This document shows positions 1-12,865 of a stretch of 64,000 nt of DNA, one piece after another (position 1 is the stretch's first letter; every line of letters begins with the position of its first letter). This stretch comes from Balamuthia mandrillaris. Taxonomy: Eukaryota. The notes under the pieces are model-generated. The model was not told the DNA's origin. It worked only from the letters and a program-made list of their open reading frames with translations, and made no database searches. The position numbers and the translations under genes are program-made. The DNA lies in the NCBI GenBank assembly GCA_031835245.2, contig JAVKOQ020000027.1:186001-250000 (forward strand), read 5' to 3'.

Positions 1-1716
1 AGCTCTTTAAACAGGAAGAAGAAGAAGAAGAAGAAGAAGAAGAAGAAGAAGAAGAAGAAGAACAAGAAGACGAACAAGAAAAAGAAGACGAAGACGAACA
101 AGAAGAAGAAGAAGAAGACAAACAAGAAGAAGCAGCAGCAGCAGAAGAAGAAGAAAAGAAAGAAGAAGGCGAAAGGTCAATGATTGAAAAAACAAAAACA
201 AAAACAAAAACAAAAGAAATACTAGAAATAAGAAACGAACGTGCTGGAGATGCTATAGCAGCGAGAGAGATCAAGGAGCGTGAGAGAAGAATAGAAGGAA
301 ACAGCATTGGCCAACCAATCATCGTTAACAGCATTCACGTTGGACAGATAGAGATTCTCCACCGAAAACTTGGAGAAAAACGTAAGATGGTCCAACTGAA
401 GGCGTTGTGTTCGATGCAAATGAAGGAGGACACGTTCAATAACTTCAACTGGAAGTTGGTGGATCGATTCTATTTGTTTCAAGGGACGTAAGCATAATGT
501 AGGAAGAGTTACAAAAGAAGAGGAGAAAGATGTTTATACCAGGAAGAGTAAAACGAACAGGAACATTGGTATCAGAGAGCCACTTTGAGCACACAAACTC
601 TACACAATGGTCCTTCAACGAGGCCACGCTAGCACCTATCCTCCTTCCTTCCTCTTCTTCTTCTCCCTCGCCAACATTCCTCAACAAAGCAGACGATGAA
701 GAAGAGCCAGAAGATGAAGAAGCAGCACCGGAGGAGGTGCCAGAGGTGCTGGAAGTAAGAAGAGCCCGAACAGGCGGATTGCTGCGAAAGAGCTCCATCG
801 CGAGGGCCAAGCGAGCATAGGTGTTGCGGCTGTGCAGCAGGCTCAGCATCTTCTCCTCTGACACAACGCCCGGCAGGCTGGCCGCCATCCAAAAGGAGAG
901 GGCCTTGGGGGAGTGCACAGGAGGCTCCTCGCCGATGCGCTGCCGAACCACCTTCCAAACGGAGTTGCGGTGGAAGCGAGCGCAAAAGTTCTGCACCATC
1001 CTCGCCGCGCTGCGCAGCAGTTCAGCCTTCTCCGTGGGGGAATAGGGGCGTTTGTCGTCAGTTTCCTCTTCGCCTTCCGCTTCCTCGTTTTCTTCTTCTT
1101 CGCCTTCAGAAAGGTCGTTGTAGTCTACAGCACGAATGATGGAGAAGAGAGTAGCGTCGCTGTCGCTGTTGTGGTGGTGGTGGCGGTGACGGTTGTTGTT
1201 TCGGTAGTACTTAATCTCTTCCTCCTCCTCCTCCACTTCGTCAGCGGGTCGCAGCACAAACTGGCCATGGTCCGCCGCACCTTCTTCTTTCCCTTGCAAA
1301 GTAGTGGTAGAAGTAGAGGTAGTGGCAGTTGAAGAAGAAGAAGGAGACAAAACTTTGAATCGACCCAAACATTTCGTCAACACGATGAATCGTTTCTTTT
1401 GCTTTCGTTCACCGCTTCCCCCCTCTGAGGCCTCTCCTTCTGCCTCTTCAGGGTAGTAGGCATTGCAGAGCTTGACCAAGCTGCCCACGTTGTTGTCCGG
1501 GTGGTCGGCCGTGCGGAAGAGGAGCCCAAAGAAGCGCCTGTGCGGGGGCAGCTGCGTGAGGCAGTGGTTGATGAGGGCTTCGGCGGCGGGCTCGAAGATG
1601 TTGAGCGGCTGGAAGGAGCCCGGGTAGACGATCTGCTTCAAGGTCGTGGGGAACAGAGGCAGCTCGAACACCTTCTTCTGGCGCAGTGGTGGGTGTTGGG
1701 ATTCGCTGGAAGCCAT
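1..1716 (-). CDS. LON substrate-binding-domain protein with BC-box-like motif and leucine-rich repeats (3' end runs off window)
   Basis: ATG at 1716 (MASSESQH). ELPLFP...VYPGSFQPLNIFEP and LSFWMAASLP...LLHSRNTYARL resemble the LON N-domain. A GT-AG intron (donor 539, acceptor ~470) joins an LRR-like exon (LTLLDLSRCYSIS). Confidence 0.7.
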
Positions 1717-1822
1717 TTTCTTTTCTTCTTTTGTTTTTTTGCGCAAAAGAAAAATATTTGTCTGTTTTGCTTCTTTCCTGAAGAGAAAAACCGTAATTAA
1801 AAATTACCAAATATGATAAATC

Positions 1823-1929
1823 CACGTCATTAATGTAGACGCTAACACACGGCATTTCTGTGGACACATTATAAAGGCATTTCTGCGGACACCAACACAC
1901 GTCATTATTGTAGACATCAACACACGTCA
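1823..1929. promoter_or_regulatory. 25-bp tandem repeat (about 4.3 copies) in a divergent promoter
   Basis: Units CACGTCATTAATGTAGACGCTAACA / CACGGCATTTCTGTGGACACATTAT / AAAGGCATTTCTGCGGACACCAACA / CACGTCATTATTGTAGACATCAACA / CACGTCA lie between the divergent LON-LRR and TRM1 genes. Confidence 0.65.
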
Positions 1930-2386
1930 CAGAGTGTTGTCCGCACAAAATGGGTTGATCAGATTGTGCTCAAAAAGAGAGGTCAATACGTTTCGGCAAA
2001 ACAAAAAAAAGGGCATTATTTGGATGCAGAGAAGAAGAAGTAGCGGCTACTTGCTCTCCTCTCGAAACCCGTTTGCACCTCCTGCTCCCTGTGTGTCCTT
2101 GTGTCGTTCCTCTTCTTCTCTTCCGCGAAGGGCTTACCTTTGGTTTCCTCTCAGCAGTTCGTATCTCTCCCCCTTTTTTTTTTTTTGAAAACGAAATAAT
2201 CTTTCCTCATTCTATCTGATCTAACTTCCAACGAAACTCATCTCCTTTTTTTCTTTCTTCTCTTCTTTTAAAACCAATTTTTTTTTAAAAAAAGCACGAC
2301 GCGTTGGCTCTTTCTCTTGTTCGAGCTCTTCTTCTTTTGCTTGCAAGCACTCCATCCTCTCACCCCAACCGCCGTTCGCCAAAAAA

Positions 2387-2613
2387 ATGGAAGCCGGGCC
2401 TTCTTCTTCCGCTGCTGCTGCCTTCTCCACAACCAACCAGCGGCAGGGAGGACTGACGCCACCGGAAGGCTATGAGGCCTTGACGGAAGGTCAGGCCACC
2501 ATCATCTTTGCCAGCCGCAAGGACGTGTTCTACAACCAGGTCCAAGAGTTCAACCGCGACCTCTCTATCCTCATCATAAAACTATTTATTGAAGAAAGTA
2601 CTTGCCCTTCTCG

Positions 2614-2644
<31 letters not shown>

Positions 2645-5210
2645 CTCTCTCTGTTGCAAGCTTTGTTTGCTCTGACTCTCTCTCACTTTTGCTTTTGGTG
2701 TTACAAACAGTGAAAAAGAAACGAGGCGCACGCTTTGACGGCGTTACCATTCTTGAAGCACTCTCTGCCACTGGTTTGGTTTCTTCACTCTCTTTCTCTC
2801 GTTCTTTCTTCTCCCTTCACCGGGTTCTTTTGTTCTCTCTTGTTCTCGTCCTTGCTTCTCTCTTGTTCTCGGTTTGCTGGACTCTTTTTCTCTCTCTTGT
2901 TTCTTACCTTCTGAAACGCCTATTCGTTCGTATCTTCTCTCCGCCCAATAGGTTTACGTTCAATCCGATTCTGGAAGGAGCTGAAAGACGTCAAGTACAT
3001 TATGGCCAACGACATCAGCGAAGCTGCCGTAGAGTCCATTCGGAGAAACGTGGAGTTTAATGGCATTACCACATCTCAAGTTATACCGAACTTGGGCGAT
3101 GCTACGTTCGTCTTTCCTCTCGCATTTACGTTTTCTGTCTTATGCGTTCTTTACCCACTGTGTTTTTGATGAAGGATGGTGATGTATGAACATCGGGACC
3201 ATGGAAAGCAGTTTGACGTAATAGATTTGGACCCATATGGCTCTGCCGCCATATTCATGGATGGAGCAGTTCAGAGTGTCAGCGATGGAGGTTTCATTCT
3301 CTTTTCCTTTCTCATTTTAGCGCTGTTCTCTCTTTCTCTTTTGTCTCCCTCGCCCTCTCCTTCTTTTACATTATTTTGGTCATTCTTACAACTCATTTTC
3401 TTTCCCACTGCAAATAAAAGGATTGCTTTGCGTCACTTGTACAGACTTAATGGTACTTTGTGGAAACTATCCAGAAGTTTGCTTTTACAAATACGGCGGC
3501 TTTCCCATCAAAGGCAAGGCAACCCACGAACATGCCGTACGATTGGTGCTTGCCTCTTTGGAAAGATCGGCTAACCGTTACAAGCGTTACATTAAGCCGC
3601 TGGTTGCTATGCAAGTCGACTTTTATGTTCGTGTGTTTGTTCGAGTTTTCACGCAGGCTGATGAAGTTAAAAACAGTTGCACGTATGATCTCCCTACTCT
3701 CTCCTTTATTTCTTTGGTGTTGGTTCTCTTCTTCGGTTTTCATAGTAACCTTGTTTTCTTGTTGTAAAACAGTAAGTTATCACACATCTATCAATGCACT
3801 GGTTGTGGTTCTCTGCATCACCAACCTTTGGGCAACATGTCTCAACGAGGTAAAGCCAAGCATTACAGCGCCAACGGTCCTTCCGTTGGATCCTCTTGTG
3901 ACGAGTGTGGCAGACCTTTCAAGGTTTGCTCTTTTGCTTGCGTTCTTATTTTCTTCTTGATTTGTTGTTTATTTATTACTTTTTTTTTGTTTGTTAAGAT
4001 GGTAGGCCCCATTTGGAATGGTCCTCTTTGTGATCCCGACTTCATTCAAAATGCTATGGAAACATTGGATGCATCTCGCGAACTCTTTACCACCCACAAA
4101 AAGATTTACGGCCTTCTCAGTGTTCTTAGCCAGGTCTCATTTTTTGTTTGTTGTTTATTTTTTTTTTTGTTCAAGTCTAAAACTCTCCCTCCGCCCTCAA
4201 CCCACGAAGGAAGTACCGGATCAACCTCTCTTCCACGACCTGACGCAACTGGCTAAAGTGCTGCACATGCAGCTGCCTCCGATGGCCATGTTCCGCTCCG
4301 CCATCCTTAACCTAAACCGTGGCTACCGCGTCTCCATCTCGCACACCAACTCCTCCGCCATCAAGACGGACGCTCCTTGCTCCGTCCTTTGGGAGGTGGT
4401 TCGCGCTTATGCCAAGCTGCATCCGGTGAAGCGAGTGGCGCCAGACTCTCCAGCGGCTGCCATCCTGGCCAAAGAACCCACCCTGGAGATTGACTTTACG
4501 ATTCGTCCGGAAGCCAAGGTTTACTCTTATTCTTTCTTTATGTTCTCCCTGCCTCTGCCTCTGCCTCTGCCTCTGCCTCTGCCTCTGCCTCTGCCTCTGC
4601 CTCTGCCTCTGCCTCTGCCTCTGCCTCTGCCTCTGCCTCTGCCTCTGCCTCTGCCTCTGCCTCTGCCTCTGCCTCTGCCTCTGCCTCTGCCTCCTGCCTC
4701 TGCCTCTGCCTGCCTCTGCCTCTGCCTCTGCCTCTGCCTCTGCCTCTGCCTCTGCCTCTGCCTCTGCCTCTCTCTCCAGCTTAGCTTTGTTCTTATGCTA
4801 TTTTTTGTTGGTATAGACGATAAAGAGCGATAAAGGACCAAGGTTCGTGACAAACCCTCCAAATTGGGGTCCTGGCACCAGGAACACGATTAATGCTAAA
4901 CGGTACTTTGCATTTTTTTTAAAAAAAAAACAAAAAACATTCTTCGTTCCACTTTCCTCTTTCTTCTTTTGTTGCTTTCCTCTTCTATCGTTTACCAACT
5001 CACCCTTCTTTTCTTTCCTATCCCTCTTTTCTCTATGCTGTTTTGTTTTTTTCTTGTTTTGTTTGGGCCAGAAGAGCACCAGAACCTTCAGAAGAAGCTG
5101 AGGAGGAGGAGGAAGAAGAAGGAAAGGAGAGAGGCGATAAAAAGAGAACCAAGCCTTCTGATGCTGATCCTGACGACCAACCACCACAACAACAACCACC
5201 CCAAAAGTAG
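2387..5210 (+). CDS. TRM1: tRNA (guanine-26-N2)-dimethyltransferase, multi-exon
   Basis: Trm1 motifs [71 protein letters not shown] and NPPNWGP, joined by GT-AG introns. Stop TAG at 5208-5210. Confidence 0.93.
4549..4770. repeat. (CTGCCT)n hexamer microsatellite in a TRM1 intron
   Basis: About 220 bp of near-perfect hexamer, read directly. Confidence 0.95.
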
Positions 5211-5661
5211 CCTCAAACAAACACCTCTCTTTTTCTATTTTTTTTTTTTGTTGTCTCTCTCTTCGTTTGCTTTCTTTCTTTTTTTTTTTAAAATTATATT
5301 TGTTCCGAAAACGGGAAATTTCGCAGGGCTTTAAGGTACCTTAAATCATTAAAGGAAAAGATATACAAAAAAAGTGAAAATCCACGTCAGCAAGCGCGCA
5401 AATGAAGGAACATTTCATCGTTCTTTCCCTTTGTTTTCCTTATAGCTTCATTACAGCTTTCGAACTGCCGTTCCCTTTTTCCTTCCCCAAAAAAGAAAAG
5501 AAAAGAAAAGAAGAGCAAAGAACAAGAAACCACCAACAGCATAACACCAACAACAACCAAGAAAACCAAAAACATAAAAACGAAAAGAGAAAACAGAAAC
5601 AGAAGCAAAATAATAATAATAAAAAAAACACACACACCAAAACGTAAACAAAACGATCGAG

Positions 5662-6903
5662 ATGGAGTCGAGTCAGCGACAGCACAAACCAGCCGAACGC
5701 ATGAGCCTGCTGGGCACAGAGACGGCCTATGCTATCTCTGGAGAGGCCCAACGGCTCGCCGAGGAGGGCAAGAAGGTCTACCCCTTCCACATCGGCGACC
5801 TCAACGTGCCCTCCCCCGCCTTCCTCGCCCAAGCCATGAACGAGGCCATCCAAAAGGGCAAAACGGGGTACTGCCCGGCCCCAGGCATCATGCCCCTGCG
5901 GCAGGCCCTCGCGGAGGCCGTGGGGAAGGAGCGCGGGGTCGCCTACACCGCTGACAATGTCAGCGTTCAGTCCGGCGGCAAGCCCGTCATCGGCAAGTTC
6001 CTCCAGGCCGTCATGAACCCTGGGGACGAGGTGCTCTACCCCAGCCCTGGCTACCCCATCTACGAGTCCCAGATAAGGTTCCATGGAGGGGTGCTGCGGC
6101 CCTACCGCTACAGGGAGACCCGCCAGGGCTTTGAGCTGGACCTGGACAACCTCCAGAGCCTCATCACCGAGCGCACCAAGGTGCTCATCTACAACAACTA
6201 CCAGAATCCGGTGGGCTGCAGCAGCAGCCCGGAGGAGATGGAGGCCCTGGCCAAGCTGGCGGTGGAGCATGACCTCCTGGTGCTCAGCGATGAGGCCTAC
6301 TTCCACATGCTCTACGATGGGCACCAGGGGAGGAGCATCGTGGCCCTGCCGGGCATGCAGGAGCGGACGGTCATCCTCTACACCTTCTCCAAGTCCTTCA
6401 GCATGACGGGGTGGCGCCTCGGGGCTGCCATTGGGCCGCGATGGATCATCGACCTCATCACCAAGCTCAACACCAACGACGAGGCCTGCACCACCCACTT
6501 CATCCAATGGGCTGGCATAGCCGCCTTGGGGCAGCGCGGCAGGGAGTTTACTGAGCAACTGAACGAGACCCTGGCTGCCAGGAGGGACCTCCTCTGCCAG
6601 GCCCTCAGCGAGGTGCCTGGCTTTGTGGCTCACAAGCCCATGTGCACCTTCTACTTGTTTGTGAACGTGACGGAGGCCATGAGGCTGCTGCGACTGGAGA
6701 GCGTGGAGGAGTTTAGAAAGCTGGTGTTGGACAAGACGGGAGTGTCCTTCTGCACCAGGGAACACTTTGGGGCGCCGTTGGAGGGAGAGCAGCAAAAGTA
6801 CATCCGGTTCGCCTACAGCGGGATCGGGGAGGAGGACATCCGCCAGGCTGGTCGTTTGTTGAAAGAGTTCATGACCAACCAAATGGCGTCCCTTGTGAAC
6901 TGA
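5662..6903 (+). CDS. PLP-dependent class I/II aminotransferase (aspartate aminotransferase-like), intronless
   Basis: 413 aa ORF with GKTGYCPAPGIMPLR, NNYQNPVG, LSDEAY, PLP-lysine motif TFSKSFSMTGWRLG and YIRFAY. Confidence 0.92.
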   Translation: MESSQRQHKPAERMSLLGTETAYAISGEAQRLAEEGKKVYPFHIGDLNVPSPAFLAQAMNEAIQKGKTGYCPAPGIMPLRQALAEAVGKERGVAYTADNVSVQSGGKPVIGKFLQAVMNPGDEVLYPSPGYPIYESQIRFHGGVLRPYRYRETRQGFELDLDNLQSLITERTKVLIYNNYQNPVGCSSSPEEMEALAKLAVEHDLLVLSDEAYFHMLYDGHQGRSIVALPGMQERTVILYTFSKSFSMTGWRLGAAIGPRWIIDLITKLNTNDEACTTHFIQWAGIAALGQRGREFTEQLNETLAARRDLLCQALSEVPGFVAHKPMCTFYLFVNVTEAMRLLRLESVEEFRKLVLDKTGVSFCTREHFGAPLEGEQQKYIRFAYSGIGEEDIRQAGRLLKEFMTNQMASLVN

Positions 6904-7462
6904 AATCGAGGTTACCTGGATTGAAGGAAAAATAAATAAATAAATAAACCTAAAGAAAGAAAGAGAGAGAGAAAGTAATAAAGTGTGTCACCTGCACACA
7001 CATGAGAGGCTCCCCCCGAGACGCCACCACCCAAAGGTGGTCGTCTTCTCCGCCGACTTTCTTCTTTGCCCAGATCAGCTCATCACCCGATAATCTACAT
7101 TCATCCAATCCGAAATCAAAAAAGAGATTGCTTATTTACCAAATAGGGTAAACATTACCAAACGCAGATAGCAATCTGTTCGGTGCTCAAACATAATAAT
7201 AAACGCGAAACACGAAAAAGAAAGAACAAGCGAAGCCAAGCAAGCGAGCATCGTTGGGAAGGAAGAGAAGGTTGCACGCTCCGCTCCGCTCCTCTCCTCT
7301 CTTTTTTTTTTTTTTTGGAAAGCATCCCGTCCAACCAGGTAAACTCTTTCTTGAGTTTTTTTATTATTTCTCTGTATAGTCATATATATTTTTTTCAACT
7401 CCGTTTATTTGTTTTTTTTTTCGCTTTGTTGTTTAACACAACAGAAGAAGAGGAATGAAAAG

Positions 7463-10400
7463 ATGGAGCGTACTCAACAGCAACAGCAACCTACCAACAA
7501 CGACGGACGTCACCTCAAACCCTCTTCGGAGCGTAACCGTTCCTCCAGCATCGCCGCCGCCACCACCACCTCTCCTTTTTCTTCCAGCAGCCGGGTGGAG
7601 AGAGTGAAGCAACAGCTCAAGCGCTCCATCTCGAAGGGCGAGTTGAAAGGCACCATGCTGACCGCCGCCACCACCACCAGCCCACGCCAAACCAAACACC
7701 GCATTCGTCGTTGCCTCTCCGAGAAGGAGCTGAAAGGAATGGCCAAGGCCTCTGCTTCTGCTTCTTCCCCGGACAAAATAAAACGAAGCGGCTCCAAAAG
7801 AGAGCGACGAAGGAAGGGAAGCGCATCCACGCTGACGCGAGACGAACGCTCTTCTTCCTCCTGCTCCGCCCTCAATGCTGCGTTGCGCGAGTCCGGCAGC
7901 GTCGGCAGCTCTCCGGAGCTTCGCAAGTGGCGCTCCGATGGGGCTGCTGAAAGTTGGCTGCACAACGACAACGGCCACAACAACAACGGTCACCCTCAGG
8001 GCTGGAAGAAAGTGACTTCTTCTTCGTCATTATCCGTTTCGGCTCCGTCCACTTCTTCGCTTTCTTCTGGTCATAGAGGAGGAGGAGGAGATGTCAACAA
8101 TAACAACAAGGTGCTTATGAAAGAGCTTTGTCAGAGCCCACGCATGCAACGCAAGAACTCAGCATCTCCTCTTTCGGCTTCTTCTTCGCCATCCTCCTCT
8201 TCGGCTTCCTTTGCTTCGGTGGAACAAAAGAGCAAAAAGGAGGAGAGCAAAAAGAGTTCCTCTTCCTCTTCGTCACAGAAGAAAGAGGCACGACGTAAAG
8301 AGAAAGAAGAGAAAGAGAGGCTAAAGCGAGAGAAGAAGGAAAAAGAACAACTACAAAAGGAGAAGGCCAAAGCTGCAACAAAAGAAAAAGAAAAAGAAAA
8401 AGAAAAAGAAAAAGAAAAAGAAGAAAAGGAAAAAACAGAAGAACAAGCGCAAGAGGGAGCTGCGGGCGCGCGAACCAGTACGAGCCTTCTTCATGAAATG
8501 GACCGTCTTTTCGCAGAGTCTATCATTCTCGAGCGAGCTTCTGCGCTTCCGCCTTCAAAGCAATCCTCTCCCAAAGAGAAAGAACAAGAAGCAGAATCAA
8601 ACAAGAAACCAAGAAAGCAATCAGCAGGCTTACGAGAGAGTCTCATCAGCTCCGTGGACAGAAGGTTGCAAAGCTCTCGAACCATTCGAGAGCTGTTGGA
8701 AGAGCGACGAAACAGGAAGAAGCTCGTGGGAGAGTCCACTTGGCTGCTGGAAGAGATGAATGAGCTGACCACGGACCTCGATGACGAAGACGCCGATGAG
8801 AACGACGAGCATGAGCAGGCCAAACGTGTCAACGAGAAGCTGCATTACCTTGGGGTGGAGCAGTGGAACCTCAAAGACCTGAACCGAATACGAAACAGCG
8901 TTAACCTGCGGTTGTCACAATTGGGTCTGCCTCTTCCTGGACGAGGTAAACCTTTCACCTTCTCCACCTTGTGCTCCACCAACTTTCTTTTTCTTCCTCC
9001 TCCTCCTCTTCTCTCATCCTCTCCCTCCTGTCCTATTAGCGTTTCTATATTTCTCACTTTTTGAATATGACAAACGAACACCAAAGAAGGTAAACCATTT
9101 CCACCATCTCCACGAAGGGATCGTATACTTCCAGTTTGGGCTCATGAAGACGATACCGATAGCTCCTATCCCTCTTCTTCCTCCAATCCGACCACTCCCA
9201 CCTCACGAGGAACTTTCATCCCCCTGCTTATTCCTTCTTCTCCCACCTCTTCCTTCTCTTCCCCGTTCTCTCCTTCGTTCCCATCTCCTAGAGGAGAGAC
9301 GACCGATAGAGAAAGCAGTGTAGGCAGTTCTGATGCAGCAACAGCTGGAACAACGCCACGACAACACGCTCACCATCTTTTGTCTGATGCAGAGCCGCAA
9401 GAAGCAGTGGAGGAGGACGAAAAAGAAAAGGACCAACGACAAGAGGTTGACGCGAATCAAAAAGACGAGAGCGAAGAGGCATTACTTAGCAAACAAAGGC
9501 GAAGAAAAATGGAAATAGCAAATACACTGGCAGAACAAGAAGAGGAAGCAGAGGAAGAGGTTGAAGCGGAAGAAGAACAAGAAGGAGGAGAAGGATTGGA
9601 TCTCGTTGAAGAACGACAAAAGCTTTGGGAGAGACGCTTCGTGGACCTGATCATCCATCACAAGGACGAGAAGGCTAATCTGAGCAAGCTCAAGTTGGAA
9701 CACATTCCAAGAAGCATCCTCCGTTCTACCGTGAACAAGTTTCTAAGAAGGCTCGACCTGTCGCACAACCTGTTGACAGAGCTAGATGCCAATCTCTCTC
9801 GTCTTCGCTTCTTGCAGGAACTCAATGTCTCTCATAACGCCCTTACGTCCTTGCCCGAACATCTCTTTCAATTAACGAGGGTATGGTTTCTTCATCTTTC
9901 TTCTCTCTCTTCTCTATCCTGTTCACTTTGTTTGTCTTCCCTGTCCGCTTCGCTCTTCATCTTCCTTTCAACACAACCTTGTTGTGCATTCTCACCAACT
10001 TCCACTATAAACAGCTTCGAGTATTGGATGCCTCTCATAACCAAATCAACTACATCCACCAAAACATTCGTAAGTTACACCGCCTTCAGGACCTCATCCT
10101 CGCCTATAACAAACTGTCCAGCCTGCCCGAGGAACTCTGCCAATGCTCCTCTCTGATGGGCCTCTCCCTGCATCACAATCTCCTTGAGTCCAGCTCCATC
10201 CCCATCAGCGACGACTATGGCATGGGCAAGCTCTCCGCCTCTCTCCTCGCCCTGGACCTCTCCTTCAACCGCTTGAAGGAGATCCCGCCGCAACTGATGG
10301 AGCTGACTGCCCTGCAGGAGCTCTCCCTCTCCTACAACAAGCTGACTTACGTGAGAGAGGAGCTAGCTTTGAGCAACCTCGCCAACTTGATAGTCTTGGA

Positions 10401-10691
10401 CCTCTCGCATAATCAGTTAAAGAGGTTCGGAGCGCGAGCCAGCAAGCACCTCTGTGCGTTGAAGGAGCTGGTCGTCTTGTCGTTAGCTCACAATGACTTG
10501 ATCATGCTGCCATCTAGCTTGTACCAGCTGAAGAACCTTCGTTCATTGAACATTCAAGGCAACCAACGATTGATCGGTTCTTCTTCCTCCTCTTCGTCTA
10601 CATCAGATTCTACCGCTAGCGCTGAGACCAACAACGGCTACAATCCTATTCTTTCCTCTTCCGAATCTCCGCGTTTTCGTACGTTTCCTAT

Positions 10692-10727
<36 letters not shown>

Positions 10728-12825
10728 GTTGCTATTCTTCTTCTGTCTTGTCATTAACCTCTTTGTTTATGTTTGTTTTAAAGAGGAAAAAGAGCTTAAG
10801 ATACCGTCATCAGTGGTGCAAGGCGGAACCAAAGCCATCTTGTCGTACTTAAAACATCAAAAACGTAAAGAAGAAGGTATATCTATCTATCCGTACTCCC
10901 TTTCTCTGTTTCTTCTAACAATACAACGATAACAATACAAACAGTCAAAAAGCATTTGCTGTCCAACAACGCGAACCAACAGGACATCCAAACATTGCTT
11001 CAACTCAGCGGCGAGAAGGAAGTCTCAAACACCAAAGCAGAGAACGAGGACGAGGACGCTGCTCTTTGGAACTATCTCAACAACGAAGTGCTGGACTCTC
11101 ATCGCCGTCGCTCCTTTGGAGATCTGAAACGAATCCTTCGAAGCAAGTACAGCCCATCGGTTTATCATGCCATCTACGGAGGGGCTCCTCCCGAGCATTC
11201 TTCTACTTCTTCATCCGCTTCTTCTGCCCGGCCGCCATTCTGGTTAGGAGGAGAAAACAGTAAAGCAAAGGACGTAAGTCCACGAAAGCAGTTACTGGAG
11301 CAAGAGGGGGATGATGTTGTTGCTCCGTTGTTGGCGCAACAAAGAGCTACTACTGTGAGCGGCGCGACCGGACAACACTTTTTGGGGCGAGAGTTTCCTC
11401 AAGTTGTAAAGACCCGCTCTCGCAGTCATTCCAGCCCAGAAGCGCCTCCCTTCCTGAACGCTTCGGTACCATTCTCTACCTCTCTCTCCTCTCTCTTCTC
11501 TCTCCCTCTCTCCTCTCTCTATCTCTATCTCTATCTTTTCTAATTCTAATGTGTTCCTCAACAAAAGCAGGAGGACAGCTCTATTTATGGCGCAAGCATG
11601 ATATTGCCTTGCGCCGATTGGTCTGTCGAGGCTGGTATGTTGTCTCTTTCTCCTCTTTTGTTCGCGTTCTTTGTTTAAAAAAAACCGTTTTCTAACAAAC
11701 AAAAAGGAGGAACAAGTTCAATACTACGGTTAAACCCGGCCAAGCTTCAACAACCACCAACGCCGGTGCCCGGTTTGCCGATGAGCGCTCGCAACCGAAA
11801 GTCATTGACATCATTTACCTCTCGTCGCAACATCACCAAAGCTCTTGCCCAAGAAGGAAAGAAGATGAGAGAAGAGAAGGAGAAGGAGAAGGAGAAGGAG
11901 AAGGAGAAGGAGAAAGAGGAGAAGGAGAAGGAAAAAGAAAAACAAAAAGAAAAGGGGCCTGCCTCAAACAGCAGCAACAATCATGTAAACGAAGAATCCC
12001 ATCAACAGCTACAACATTCAGAGGAAAAGAGGAAAGAAAGCGAAACAGAGGGCGGTGATGGAGAGAACGGCGATGGAAAGAATGCTGCTCATGGCGGAAC
12101 GGACCAACCGGATGATAAAATGGAGGAGATGTTCAAAGCGTTGGTCCGATTGGAGCGAGATGCTAACTATACTCCTTACTACAAGCTGCATTTCTACAAA
12201 CGAGGTTTGTTTTTTTTCTCCATTTCACACCTTTCGCACTACTTCTGCCTCTTCTCGCTCTGTTCTAAGTTTGGTTTGTTCACCATTTTATGTCTGAAAA
12301 CAAAATAACAGCTCACGTGAATGTATTGGGATGGGATCCTGATCTTGGCCCAGTCATTATATCCATCACCAAAGAGAAAGATGCCAGCGCCAACTCTTAT
12401 TGGTTTCTTCTTCGTACTCAAAACGTAAACTTCTTTCATGCTTTTCTTAGTCTTTTTTTTGCTGTTTTTTTTTTCCTTGTTTTATACTTTTCCTGCTCTC
12501 TTATATCTTATTTGTTCTCTCTTCTTATTCTTGTTCTTCTTTTGCTTTAAAATAGGGAACTACATTGGCCCCCATTGCAAGACACGTGCCACGATCACGC
12601 ATCGCTCGTTATCCAACCACCAACACGTTGTTGCATAGCTTAAAGAAGACCATATATCCCCATCTTCAGGACGCGCAGCTGTACTCTGTTAAGGGAGCTG
12701 CTATACAGAAGCAGCTAAGAGCGTTGGAAAATAAGCAAATGGTTCGCGCTCACAAGTTTGGCGTTCTGTATTGCAAAGAAGGGCAAATCAGAGAAGAGGA
12801 AATGTTTTCCAACGGTAAAGCCATT

Positions 12826-12865
<40 letters not shown>

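Noticed and set aside
1823..1929. CRISPR-like array
   Set aside because: Units are adjacent degenerate tandem copies without unique spacers, there are no cas genes, and the context is eukaryotic.
4490..4862. Poly-LP, poly-CL, poly-RG and similar ORFs (also 50140-50604 and 60270-60816)
   Set aside because: Translations of intronic microsatellites.
5440..6882. 480-aa antisense ORF
   Set aside because: Shadow of the GC-rich aminotransferase, with no motif.
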